From Squalus acanthias (Eukaryota), in the NCBI GenBank assembly GCA_030390025.1, contig CM059432.1:23004001-23068000 (forward strand): DNA of 64,000 bases, given 5' to 3'. A model generated the notes under the pieces. That model ran no database searches. It was not told where the DNA came from and saw only the letters and a program-made list of their open reading frames with translations. A program made the translations under genes and the position numbers. Shown here in pieces: positions 1-11,734 of this stretch; position 1 is the first letter of the stretch; every line of letters starts with the position of its first letter.

Positions 1-1164
1 AAGGTCAGAAAACCCGAAGTTCTCGACACGGGGATTGCGAGATCCCTGTGCGGAGTGTTCTTCAGGGTCAGCAGCTGGCTCCTGTGCTTCGCTGGGCCAA
101 AGACACTATCTGAAGAACAGATCCATGGGTAGGAGATGCAGTGTGTAAAGCTTTGCTGTTGACAGACTTTTGAAATTGACACAGAACATAGTCTTGCAGT
201 TGCATCATCTCTTGTGTTCCTGACATAAAGGTAACAGTTTAGCTTAATACCAGCTCTTAAAAAATTCTTCTGGTCCTGAACTATGGTGGTGGGGGTTGGG
301 GGGGAGTGGGGAGTGGTCATTTAGTTGATAGCACTCTTGTCTTGACTTCTAAGAGACGCACAAGAGCAATACAGGTTGACACGTTCTCTGATTTTCCCAT
401 TCCCATAGCAGAAGCACTTTAACTCCACTCAGCAAGTGTTTCCTATGGTCCACTGTGGACACCTGGCTGTATCCTGCAACTCAGAAGCACATTAACACAG
501 TGACCGTAGACTAAAATTTTAGTCCATTTATCTTGGCCTCAGTCTAAGCTTACCTCACCAAATCACTGCTACCAAACTTACCTTGACTTCTCTCTCATTC
601 TTTTCAACTTTATTGGTGTCTGCACTGTGGGCCATCGCATTGGTTTCAAGATTATAGGCGATCTACTTCTTGAATCAGAAATCAAACTATTAGCTCTACC
701 TTAATGGCTTAGTTGGGAAATCCACTGCCCAATATGGTACTAAGTAGTACAGACCAGACAGACCCCAGGTTTAATCCCTGGTTTATGTTGAGTTGGCTGA
801 TCTCAGGCAAGGCAGCTGTAAGTTTACTACAGTTGCTACAAATAGTATGCTAACATTCTCTGGTCCCACAGAATGAAGTCAAGTGAAGTACTACAGGACA
901 ACTGGCACCCACAACACCAAGGGGGATAAATTGGTTAGTGTCCATTTTCGGGTGTGAACCAGGTGCCACACAAATTGCACGTGCCAGAAGAGGCCAGCCC
1001 AAGGACCACCTGAAATTGGTCTTTGGGCCTGATCTTAATATTTCAGGCTATCGTGCCACTAGAGGCAGCTAGGCTGCAAACACACCAGTGAAACTTGCAG
1101 AGAGCAGGCTAGATGCCTGCGCCACTCAGAGCAGCCCCAATTCCCAGAGGGGTCCTTTTCTTAA

Positions 1165-2317
1165 AATTTGGTTATGGGATGTGGGCAGTCGCTGGCAATG
1201 CCAGCATTTATTGCCCATTCCTAATTGCCCTTGAGAAGGTGGTGGTGAGCCGCCTTCTTGAACCGCTGCAGTCTGTGTGGTGAAGGTACTCCCACAACGC
1301 TGTTAGGTAGGAAGTTCCAGGATTTTGACCCAGCGACGATGAAGGATCATCAATATACTTCTAAGTCAGGATAGTGTGTGACTTGGAGGGGAACTTGGAG
1401 GTGGTGGTGTTCCCATGTGCCTGCTGCCCTTTTCCTTCTAGGTGGAAGAGGTCACGGGTTTGAGAGGTGCTGCCGAAGAAGCCTTGGCGAGTTGTTGCAG
1501 GGCACCTTGTAGATGGTACACACTGCAGCCACGGTATGCCGGTGGTGGAGGAAGTGAATGTTTAAGGTGGTGGATGGGGTGCCAATCAAGCGGGCTGCTT
1601 TGTCCTGGATGGTGTCGAGCTTCTTGAGTGTTGTTGGAGCTGCACTCATCCAGGCAAATGGAGAGTATTCCATCACACTCCTGACTTGTGCCTTGTATAT
1701 GGTGGAAAGGCTTTGGGGAGTCAGGAGGTGAGATACTCGCCGCAGAATACCTAGCCTCTGACCTGCTCTTGTTGCCACAGTATTTATGTGGCTGGTCCAG
1801 TTAAGTTTCTGGTCAATGGTGACCCCCAGGATGTTGATAGTGGGGGATTCGGTGATGGTAATACCGTTGAATGTCAAGGGGCGGTTGTTAGACTCTCTCT
1901 TGTTGAAGATAGTCATTGCCTGGCCCTTGTGTGGTGTGAATGTTACCTGCCACTTATCAGCCCAAGCCGGAACATCGTCCAGGTTTTGTTGCATGCGGGC
2001 ATGGACTACTTCATTATCTGAGGAGTTGTGAATGGCACTGAACACTGTGCAGTCATCACCGAACATCCCCATTTCTGACTTTATGTTGGAGGGAAGGTCA
2101 TTGATGAAGCAGCTGAAGATGGTTGGGCCGAGGACACTGCCCTGAAGAACTCCTGCAGCGATGTCCTGGTGCTGTGATGATTGACCTTCAACCACCACAA
2201 CCATCTTCCTTTGTGCTAGGTATGACTCCAGCCAGTGAGAGTTTTCCCCCCAATTCCCATTGCCTTCAGTTTTACTAGGGCTCCTTGATGCCACACTCGG
2301 TCAAATGCTGCCTTGAT
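1165..2317 (-). mobile_element. 5'-truncated LINE (RT C-terminal half plus 3' tail), same family as 16718-20263
   Basis: ORF 1452-2294 has QGSVLGP and FGDD RT motifs. The sequence is nearly colinear with 18835-20250. Confidence 0.9.
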
Positions 2318-3145
2318 TAGGTCCAACTTCTACACCCACATTTTCAACATAAATCAGGACAGGAGTGAAACTTGGAAGGGGTGAAATTTTAGTCTGAGCT
2401 CTTTTAATAATTTAATATATTTTTTTAATAAAATGTCACAAAACTGGAAACTAAAATATATGCTACTGTTTTCTTGCAAGCATCTCTTTTCACTTAACTG
2501 ATGAAATGATGATTGCTCTGTGAACGCTTTCACCAGCATAAATATATGTGCACATCTGAAGTTACTGCAATCCAGATGGTCTGAATCTATAATTGCCTCT
2601 TCACTGCTACTTTCATTTTTTTGTTTCAAAATATTCTACATACTGTACATACTCATTTTATGTACTGATTTCCCCTCCAACTCATTTTCTCTCCATTCAC
2701 ACCTGAAGATTTGGCTTCTGCTGTTCCACAAGCACTGGCCTTCCTTCTTAACCTCACTCTTCCTCATAGTGCATGGCAGCATGTTATTCAACTGTGGGGG
2801 AGAAACCTGAGCCAGATCCTGTCCCCGCCTTGACAGACCACATTTATGTGCTTTCCAGCATGGGTTACTGAGCAGCAATTAGGAGCTGGCCGATTTATTC
2901 ATTCCCTAGGACAGTTGGCACTGAGGCCAGTTGCGACACCCCTGCTATCTGACAGATCAACGTTTACAACTCAACGAGGTCAGAACCTGGGTTGTTGTGG
3001 TGGAGTGTCTCCTCCCATGTGTTCTTTTATCACACACTAGGCTGAAACACGAGTCGCAGATGTGATCATATTTAGCAAGAGTGAATTCAATGTCTGGCTG
3101 CCAGCTTTTATTTCTGTTATTCCCTTTCATCAGTGCAGCTTAAAT

Positions 3146-3724
3146 ATGATAGAAATTGGTATGCACTGCGCCTGCTTTTCGGGCGTAACACGGATGTAAA
3201 GCATACCAATTTAGCAGTGGGACGGCCTGCGCCCAATCTGCCCAAGCCCACTGCTAAATTTGTGGGGTTCTTTTTTTAGGTGTCCCGGGCCGCCACCTAA
3301 AACAGGCATTAGTCCCTTGAATACGTTAATGTAGGGCCTAATGCCTGCTTCAGGACCCCTTTACAAAATTAGTTACCGATGAGTGGTGCAGGCATCAGCT
3401 TCAGCACGTTCAGGATTCTTCAGCAGGCCCTGGGCTTCCAACTAAGGGTAAGTTGTATATTTTTATAAAATAGCCTTTCTGAGGAGTCAGGAGGAGCAGA
3501 AATACACCCCTGACTCCACAGTCCTACCGATCACACCCCCTCCCCCCCCCCCACACTATTGCCCGCTCCAAGCCCCCTCCCGGAACTTACTTGAGGGCCG
3601 CTGCCAGCAAGGCAGACAGGCCAACATTGACTTTTCTCATGGGGTGAGCTGCCTGTGGAGGCGCGGTCGTCGCCGCAGCTCGTCTCGAATATGTAGCTGA
3701 AGCCGGAGGACAATTTCTAGCGAA
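3146..3724. mobile_element. Degenerate GC-rich MITE-like element
   Basis: Termini gatagaaattg...caatttctagc resemble the GGGNNAGAAATT TIR class. Related internal sequence at 922-1140 and 35540-35965. Confidence 0.5.
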
Positions 3725-4069
3725 CCTCAGGTCTCTTGGTTCGTTGTGTGCTGCTCACGAAGCCCATAAACGGACAAAGACTAATTTCTACCTCTGTCTC
3801 TCAAAGTGGCATTGGTTTCAATGCATTCTGCCACCCATTGTGGTCTGCTGTTCCCAAGATTCCATACTGACGTTACAGTTCTGAGGCTGCTTTTCAATGT
3901 ATTGTGACAACGTTTGAACTGGGAATGTTCATCCCCTTTTAGTTTGGAACAGAAGAAAATCTTGGACATCTTGCCATTAGATGTCTTTTAAGAGGTGCCA
4001 TGGGTATCTAAGCTGACCCTTGACAGCCAGCATGAGCAAGGACCTCAGTGTTTCAGAATTCTATCTTGC

Positions 4070-4495
4070 TATCAGTTGGTAGCACCTTCGCCTCTGAGTC
4101 AGAAGGTTGTGGGTTCAAGTCCCTTTCCAGAGACATGAGCACATAAGCCAGGCTGACACTCCAGTGCAGTACTGAGAGTGTGCTGCACTGTCGGAGGTGC
4201 CATCTTTCAGATGAGATATTAAACTGAAGCCCCGTCTGCCCTCTCGGGTGGATGTAAAAGATCCGATGGTACTATTTCGAAGAAGAGCATGGGAGTTCAC
4301 TCTGGTGACCCTCAACCGACATCGCTGAAACAAATGATCTGGTAATGATTACATTGCTGTTTGTGGGAGCTTGCTGTGCACGAATTGGCTGCCGTGTTTC
4401 CTACATTACAACAGTGACTTCACTTCAAAAGTACTTCATTGGTTGTAAAGTGCTTTGGGATGTCCTGAGGTCGTGAAAGCAAATATAAAATTATG

Positions 4496-4526
<31 letters not shown>

Positions 4527-4530
4527 TTTC
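4070..4530 (+). mobile_element. tRNA-derived Deu-type SINE with L2-like tail and (TTTC)n end
   Basis: B box GGTTCAAGTCC, body shared with 7190, 29040, 41210 and 45140, tail gtaaagtgctttgggatgtcctgagg. Confidence 0.8.
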
Positions 4531-5394
4531 TGCTGAGAATGTATAAATCTTCAAGGTCTTTGATGTCGTGGAGATAAACTCTCCAAACCTTATAGCTGTG
4601 GATCATCGCCATATACAGCTTAATCTTGGACTTCATTTTCAGTCCATGTTTGTTCTATATATGTGTTCTCAAACAGACAAAAACTGAGCAGGTCTTACTC
4701 TGTCACGGAAACTCCTCTTTATCCTGAGATGTGCCTAATAACAGGGTGCTGCATAGGCAAGTCAGTTTATGGACTGAACTCAGCTGTGTTCATTCAATGA
4801 ACAGCAATGGTGGTATTTATTGTGAGCAAAGTGCCAGCTGGAACATAAATTTAGCCTTCTTCAGACCGATGGGTAGCCTGTGGCTTTTGGCCGTAGATTC
4901 AAAATAGTTGGTATTGGTCTGGAGATCCTCCAATGTTTTGGTACAACAAAGCGCAATCATCAGTGAACACCATCGCATGAATGATGACTTATTTAATCAA
5001 GCAGCTTTTCAGCTGTTATGAACGGGTTATATGCTCAATCCCAGGGGTCTGATATGTTTTCCCTCAGCATGGCAGAGAAGAACAGGCCAAATAAGTTGAC
5101 TCCGCTGGTGGTAGAGAACACATCAGATATTGCCACGTTAATAATCCCTCTCCCTGACATCCCATCATGCAGTTTTGAATCACATTGGTCAGCAAAGCCA
5201 AGATCAGCTAAGAGCTTCCACGGTGCCTTCCTGCTTACAGTGTCAAAGGCCTATGGTTTTGGCTGAGATTTTGTATACAGCTTCTTTCAACTTTGTCCAC
5301 CCAGCTTCTAGTCCATTTATTACTGATGTGTTGTTTAATGCTGCTGTGATGGTCTCAGTGAATTTCTGACATAAAGTTGACTCACATCCAGCTT

Positions 5395-5979
5395 TACCAT
5401 GGTGTTGGCAGCATTTTGGTAAGGATGAGAGGTGATGTCAAGAAACATCTTAAACCAGATTTGTTATTGGTCTCTTCAACAGTCAGATTCAGGCCTGCTG
5501 TTTTACAATGATACAGCAAGGAGGTGCCCGAGCTCCTTCGCCTTCTCAGCTGTGGGTGGTTGTTTTCCTCAACCTCTATGGAGAAATGGAGTGCTTTTGA
5601 AGAATTTGAAGAACGTAGGTCGCCACTTCCCCTACCATTGATGCCGCTTCCCCCTCCCCCGACCATCGCCGCTTCCCCCCTGACCCAACCTCCAATCTCC
5701 CTCCCCACCTGGGCTCCGATTCCCCCTCAGCCTCAGTTTCTCCCTCCCCAGCCCTCTCTTAACTGAGGGCTACTGCAACACTAGCAGCAGCCCGATCTTC
5801 ATTGGTTCTTCACCAGCTGCTTTATCGCACCATAACAGCTTGATGTTAATGAGACCCGAGGTCCAATATCAAGGGCACCTCAGGCCTCACCATGCAGGGA
5901 TCATACCCTGTGCCGCTCCCCACTCCCCACCCCCCTCCACTCCATGTGGTAAAAATGGGTGCGCTCAAATTTCTACCCT
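5395..5979. mobile_element. Degenerate GC-rich MITE-like element
   Basis: Ends in aaatttctaccc. Internal C-rich ccgatc-type tract like the other MITEs. Confidence 0.45.
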
Positions 5980-6705
5980 GATCACTGACCAACATTCCTA
6001 TCGTTTATTTTCACGACCTATCTAATCCAAACTTCCCATAATCTAACCACTACTTCCTGATTTGCACTAACATATGAAATTAGAGATGAAAAAAGAACTT
6101 TCGGTCCATGAATGCTCATCCTATCCATTTCACCCCCACCAATTTTTAGTAATTCTAATCCAGTGACAGACAAAAACAAAATCAAGAGATTTACCTCATC
6201 TATTTTTTCTATTCTTTTCAACTTTGGTGTCAGCCCTTCACAGTGGCTGCTCAAAACAAAAATCAGCAGCATGACTGTTAAAGCTTTCTGAAAAAAAACC
6301 CACAAGGCCAGGTCTGTCATGGACTAGTTCTTTTTATGTTCAACAGCAGATTGGCATGCTTCCCAGCCCTGGAATCTGATCAGTTTTTAAAAATCAGTAC
6401 CGGTTGGGGCTTGATTCTTTTAAGAAAGGGATTAATGTTTAAAAATGTGGTGTGAGTTGAATATTATCCTTATTGAAACAATTTGTGGCTGCCTTTCAAT
6501 TCATGTCACCAGCCTTGAGTGTTTTAACACTTTTCAAACCATGGTTCTACAGCAATGTACATTATTACACATTATCAAAAAAGTCACAGAGCAAGTGCAG
6601 TTGGTTGGAAGATTACCCTTATCAATCACTGGGACTCCTATTTACCGATCACTGTCTAGTGCCCTCTGCTGTAAGATCTACTTTGGGTGAAGACAAGATT
6701 GTCTT

Positions 6706-7077
6706 TTTTTTTATTCATTCACGGGATGTGGGTGTCGCTGGCCAGCATTTATTGCCCATCCCTAATTGCCCTTAACTGAGTGGCTTGGTAGGCCATTTCA
6801 GAGGGCTGTTAAGAGTCAACCACATTGCTGTGGGTCTGGAGTCACATATCGGCCTGACTGGGTAAGGATGGCAGATTTCCTTCCCTAAAGGACATTAGTG
6901 AACCAGATGGGTTTTTAAGACAATCCAGTAGTTACATGGTCACCAGTACTGATACTAGCATTTGATTCTAGATTTATTTTTTAACTGAATTTAAATTTGG
7001 GATTTGAACTCACGCCTCCAGATCATTAGTCCTCTGGATTACTCGTCCAGTAACCTAACCACTATGCTACCATTCCC
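6706..7077 (-). mobile_element. tRNA-derived SINE made of the head plus 3' tail of the LINE at 16718-20263
   Basis: Reverse complement starts GGGAATGGTAGCATAGTGG, runs through ...ctctgaaatggccta..., then joins directly to aagggcaattagggatgggcaataaatgctggcc and poly(A). Confidence 0.85.
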
Positions 7078-7189
7078 TTAATAATCCACTTTAATAATCC
7101 ACCCATGACATTGACCATCCAGGCTCAAATATGAGGAATCAACATCTTCAGAGGAGGAAAGAAAATTTGGGGAAAAATTATACTCCAGA

Positions 7190-7552
7190 AATTGAGCACT
7201 TAATCTCGGTTGAGACTTCAATGCCGTACTGAGGGAGTGCTGTACTATCGAAGGTGCTATCTTTTGGATGAGACGTTAAACTCAAACCTGTCTGTCCTCT
7301 CAGGTGGATGTAAAAATTTCCTTGGTACTATTTGAACAATAGCTCTCCAATATTCATCGCTCAACCGACATCACTAGAACAGTTTATTCACTTAATAATT
7401 GTATTACTGTCTGTGGGACCTTGCTGTGCACAAATTAGCTGCTGCATTTCCCTACATTACAACAGTGACTACTTTTCAAAAAGTACTTCATTGGCTGTGA
7501 AGCATTTTGGGACATCCTGAGGTCATGAAAGGCGCTATATAAATGCACATTT
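7190..7552 (+). mobile_element. Deu-type SINE, diverged
   Basis: Homologous to 4070-4530. Ends ggcgctatataaatgca. Confidence 0.75.
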
Positions 7553-7587
7553 TGTACTTTCCCTGGAGCAAAAGTACAAAAGTACAA

Positions 7588-7716
7588 ATTTGCAGGGCTA
7601 CGGGAAAAGGTCGGGAGAGTGGGACTAGCTGAAGTGCTCTCGCAGAGAGCCGGCATGGACTCGATGGGCTGAATGGCCTCCTTCTGTGTTGTAATCATGA
7701 TTCTATGATTCTATGA
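7588..7716 (+). mobile_element. CR1 LINE 3' tail fragment
   Basis: Near-identical to 15678-15797. Ends in (gattctat)n repeats. Confidence 0.75.
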
Positions 7717-8423
7717 TATATTCCGATGTGTGGACTGCAAAGTTTGATAAAGTGTCCCAAACATTTCTGCTGGAGTTTAGCCAAAGGGAAAAGGCCATCA
7801 AAGACTGAGGAGGAGTAAGGGAGTACAATACTGCGCTCCCCATGAATGGGTTAGTGCAGCTTGGCTTGGAGTCTCACAATACAAGACAACAACAAAAAAT
7901 TCTACACTAACACAAACCGTTGGGAGTAAATTATCTACAATAAACCCACAAACGTGCCATAAAAATATTCACTCAAAGCGCTATTGTTTAAAATTAAAAC
8001 ATAGAGCAGGACCCAACAGAGCACATGTCTTCATTTTGAAATGAAATTTTTACTTTTAACTAATAGAAATTTTAAGGTAGAATACACCTTGAAAACCACT
8101 GCTGGAAGCTCTTTTCATTTGGGAATTAACAAGAAAACAACTTCCTTTAATACATTCAGTCTGATGAGGGCAGGCTTTAACAAACTGAAGAGGGAGGCTG
8201 GAAGTGCGTATAATAACAGCCTTCAATTGTGTCGTACATCACTTTAAGTGGATCTCCTCTCAAAAGGAGCACAAAGGAGCTAAGTGAAAGAGCCAGGCTT
8301 TCCTTTATCTTTCTGGCATCCACTGTTTCGAGGCAGCATGTTGCAGTGAAATGCTTTGGGGAGCAGTGCTGATGATTTTCAATGCATACTGTGTATTACC
8401 TGCCGACTCTGCTTCCTTCACAG

Positions 8424-8990
8424 GCTGCAAGAATGTCCACTATGATCTTGTCTTTCTGCTGGACACGTCCTACAGCGTGGGAAAGGAGAACTTTGAAAAG
8501 GTCAGGCAGTGGGTGGCCAATTTGGTGGAGACGTTTGATATCGGTCCAGATAAGACCAGGGTAGGGGTCGTAAGCTACAGTGACAAGCCGCACACGGAGT
8601 TCAACTTAGGTGCTTACCAGAACGTAGACGACATCAAGCAGGCTGCGGCGAGCATCAGGTACCGCCGAGGGAACACCATAACCGGGGAGGCCATTGGCTA
8701 CATCACTTTGAATAGCTTCTCGCAACAGGCGGGCGCAAGACCCAATGATCCGGACATTCAGAAAGTGGCAATCCTCTTGACAGATGGCAGAAGTCAGGAT
8801 GAAGTGTTGCCGAATGCTACCTTGGCTCACTCCGCTGGCATCAGGCTCTTTGCCGTGGGGGTTGGTGACGCCCTTAAGGAGGAACTGGAGGAGATCGCCT
8901 CTGAACCCAAAACAGCTCACATGTTCCACGTTACTGATTTCAATGCCATAGATAGGGTCCGAGGAATACTGCGACAAAGACTGTGTCAAA
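8424..8990 (+). CDS. COL22A1: Collagen XXII alpha-1-like, vWA-domain exon. It may extend 5' to ATG 8351 if the signal peptide is in this exon.
   Basis: Translation GCKNVHYDLVFLLDTSYSVGKENFEKVRQWVANLV...LTDGRSQD...KEELEEIASEPKTAHMFHVTDFNAID...LRQRLCQ closely matches the collagen XXII vWA domain as I recall it, with an intact MIDAS DxSxS. Donor A|gtaagt at 8990/8991 (phase 1). Candidate acceptor ctctgcttccttcacag ends at 8423 (phase 1). Confidence 0.92.
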
Positions 8991-9229
8991 GTAAGTACTT
9001 ACTGTTTGTTATGGGGTGAAGTGCATCAGGCAAGAAGATGTTACCTGAAGGTTTTAGAAAACCATATAAATTCATTTACCTAATGGGCTTCATGCGCCTG
9101 TGAACTTTTGATCATTCATTTTTAGTTGTATGTAACTGCACTCATCCATGAGTTAAAGTAACTATGTCAACCTGCCTGAGGCAGAGAAGTATATGTGATT
9201 GGACAAGCAGAAGTTATACTTGGCGGAGG

Positions 9230-9727
9230 GTATCCTGCTGCAGTTCCCCAGTTTGATGTGGCAGAAAATCGGTCAGCTTCTGCACAGAACCAGTGGGCAG
9301 GTTAGGCTTGTTGGAGGCTGGGGGAGGAGATGTGGGAGGGGGGTGTGAATTCTGGGGGGACAGCAGTGGGCCGGAAGAATGCTCCTCCTGGCCCCCCCCC
9401 AAAAATTATCAAATGTAACAACTCACCTTATCGGACCGACCGCCCGCAGTGCCTTTAAGGACCACTGGTTGGGCCACTCGATGCCTGGAAAAACCATTCC
9501 ACCCCTTTCTCCATGAAAATTGCAAAAACTGGCGTGGGACCTGCATTTGCATATTTAAACAGGCTTTCACCTGTTCTGGGTGGGTGTGTCCGACTCCGAT
9601 TTTAAAAGCTTGCCTGAAATTAGAATCCGTCCATAACTTGGGTGTCCGAGGTCCCCACCAGATTTTCCTCTGCAGTCGTCCATTTTTCAGGTGAGATACG
9701 CAGGGTTGGCAGTTGAAAATCCCGTCA
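9230..9727. mobile_element. Degenerate GC-rich MITE-like element
   Basis: Shares aatgctcctcctggcccc and actcacctt motifs with 38300-38700. Ends gaaaatcccgtc. Confidence 0.45.
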
Positions 9728-10367
9728 TGTGTCCCTTTCGAAAGTCTGCTGTTTAAATCAGCATTCATAATCGGTAAAAGTAAACTAGCAAAATTGCCAA
9801 GTCAGCAGCAGGGATCGTTTAAACTGGCAAATTGACTTGTCTGGACTCCTGTGTATGTGTGAAGGGAAGCTAGATAAACACACGAGGGAGAAAGGACCAG
9901 TAGGTTCTAGTGATAGCATGAGATGAAGTAAGGTGGGAGGAGGCTCATGTGGAGCATAAACTGTTGGGCCGAATGGCCTGTTTCTGTGCGAGAAATTCTA
10001 TGTAATGTGTGTTGCTGTCTGTGTGTGCACTTGCTGTTGACCAGATGTGCACTCCCACTGTGCCCCCTCACCCGAAACAAAGACTGTTGCAATCCACGGA
10101 TCAGAGAATTAATTTTTTTTACACTATTATTCGATGGCGATGGAACATTTGTGAGAAAGAAACTGTTTTGCTTGACTTTTAAGCTGTTGTTCTGCAATCT
10201 TCATCAGCAACACTTCAAAAATGCACAATGATATAAAAAAAAAGTGTTTTTCTTCCCCTATTGGAACAGATTTTGCTCTCATGGGTTGAGCAGAACTGAA
10301 GGTTTGCGCTGTGAACTTGCAAGGTCCAAGCTCATTTCCCTTGGGTCCTTAAAGCTCGCAGCAACTT

Positions 10368-10531
10368 GCGCTGGGAATTTCTTTGGGGCGTCTCCCGCTC
10401 CACCACTGTCACTTCACCGAAAGATCGGGGGTGGGAAACTCCAGCTTTATGCGCGCAAATGAGATTTCGCGCCGAGCTTCTAGTGAAGTTACAGCGGCGG
10501 AGCGGCAGAAGCCCCGAGGTAATTAAGCCCC
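10368..10531. mobile_element. Short palindromic MITE
   Basis: Imperfect inverted arms ggggc..cgctccaccactgtcacttcacc / gtgaagttacagcggcggagcgg..gcccc. Confidence 0.6.
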
Positions 10532-11734
10532 CTGAATTTCATGCCAGCGGGCTGGGCTGGGGCTCAGATTCAGGCTCAAGAGGTGAATGTATATAGTGTG
10601 CTTGAGCCACTCCACCAGCCAGTTACCAAAAAAAGAGGTCGCGTCGTGTCTGGAATAAGTGAGGTGATGCAAAATATTTCTGCCCATGATTTATTTTAAG
10701 TGTTGCACAGTCAAGGGATAACTAATGACAGTTCTTTCCATTTTCACTGGCTGAAAGCATCTAATTATTCATGAAACTAGCAAATGACTTGAAAGAAGTA
10801 ATTAAAGGGCACCGTCTTCATCTCCAAGGCGAGAGCAGAGGCAGGCCAGCCGTGAATCATTTTTGACTCAGTGATGTCAGGCACATGGAGTGTGACGTTC
10901 TCACAATCCAGTGCTTTCATGTGGATTACTTCACTCATCGGGTATTTGGCAAAGGAAGAAAACAGGTTTGCCAAATGTATTTTGATCAAGGCTGTGCCCC
11001 TTTAATTATTTTAGAACTCTGGCAAGACGCTTGGACCATGAATGTGCTGAACGCTCCACGCTGATTAGAAGGCGGTGCAATATAAAGGCTAGAAGGTGAA
11101 TCTTTGGTACCAACCCAACACTGGCCACTGTACTCACTAGTTCTGCACTGTTTCACTGCCCTGGTGTTGTAGAAGTTTAGACAATCCCTGAACACTGTAA
11201 TGTTTATAGGGGGAAGTAACTGGACACTAAGCAGCATCTATCAGGCATCTCATCCCTTTGTTTTATGCTTCAGAATTTCTTGTCTGGAGCTGCTTAGGAG
11301 AAGGCATTTTCTGTAGGATTTCTATGGCATCATAAACCCACTCATTGCATTATGTATGGGAAATAGAACCAGAAAATGTACTGCACAGTAGGCCATTGTG
11401 CCCATCATGTCTGCGCTGGCTCTTTGCTAGAGCAATCCAAAACCAATCCTACTACTCATGCTCTGCCCACAGCCCAGTATTATTCTCTGCCTCAGATATT
11501 CATCCAGTTTTCCCTTAAAAGATGCAATGGCCTCTGCCTCAACCACTCTCTGTGGCAAGCATTCCATGCTCCAAAAACTCTCTGTGTAAAGAAATGTTTC
11601 TTAATTTCCCTTCTTACTCTCTTAGTGATCAATTCATTGATGACCCCTTATCACTGACTCCCCAAGCAAAGGAAATGTCTTTCCTCAGTCACTTTATCTA
11701 AAACACTTCATCATTTAAAAAATATCTATTGAAT

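Noticed and set aside
7551..7588. Small inverted and tandem repeat tttgtacttt / aaagtacaaa
   Set aside because: Too short. Likely a repair scar at a SINE/CR1 junction.
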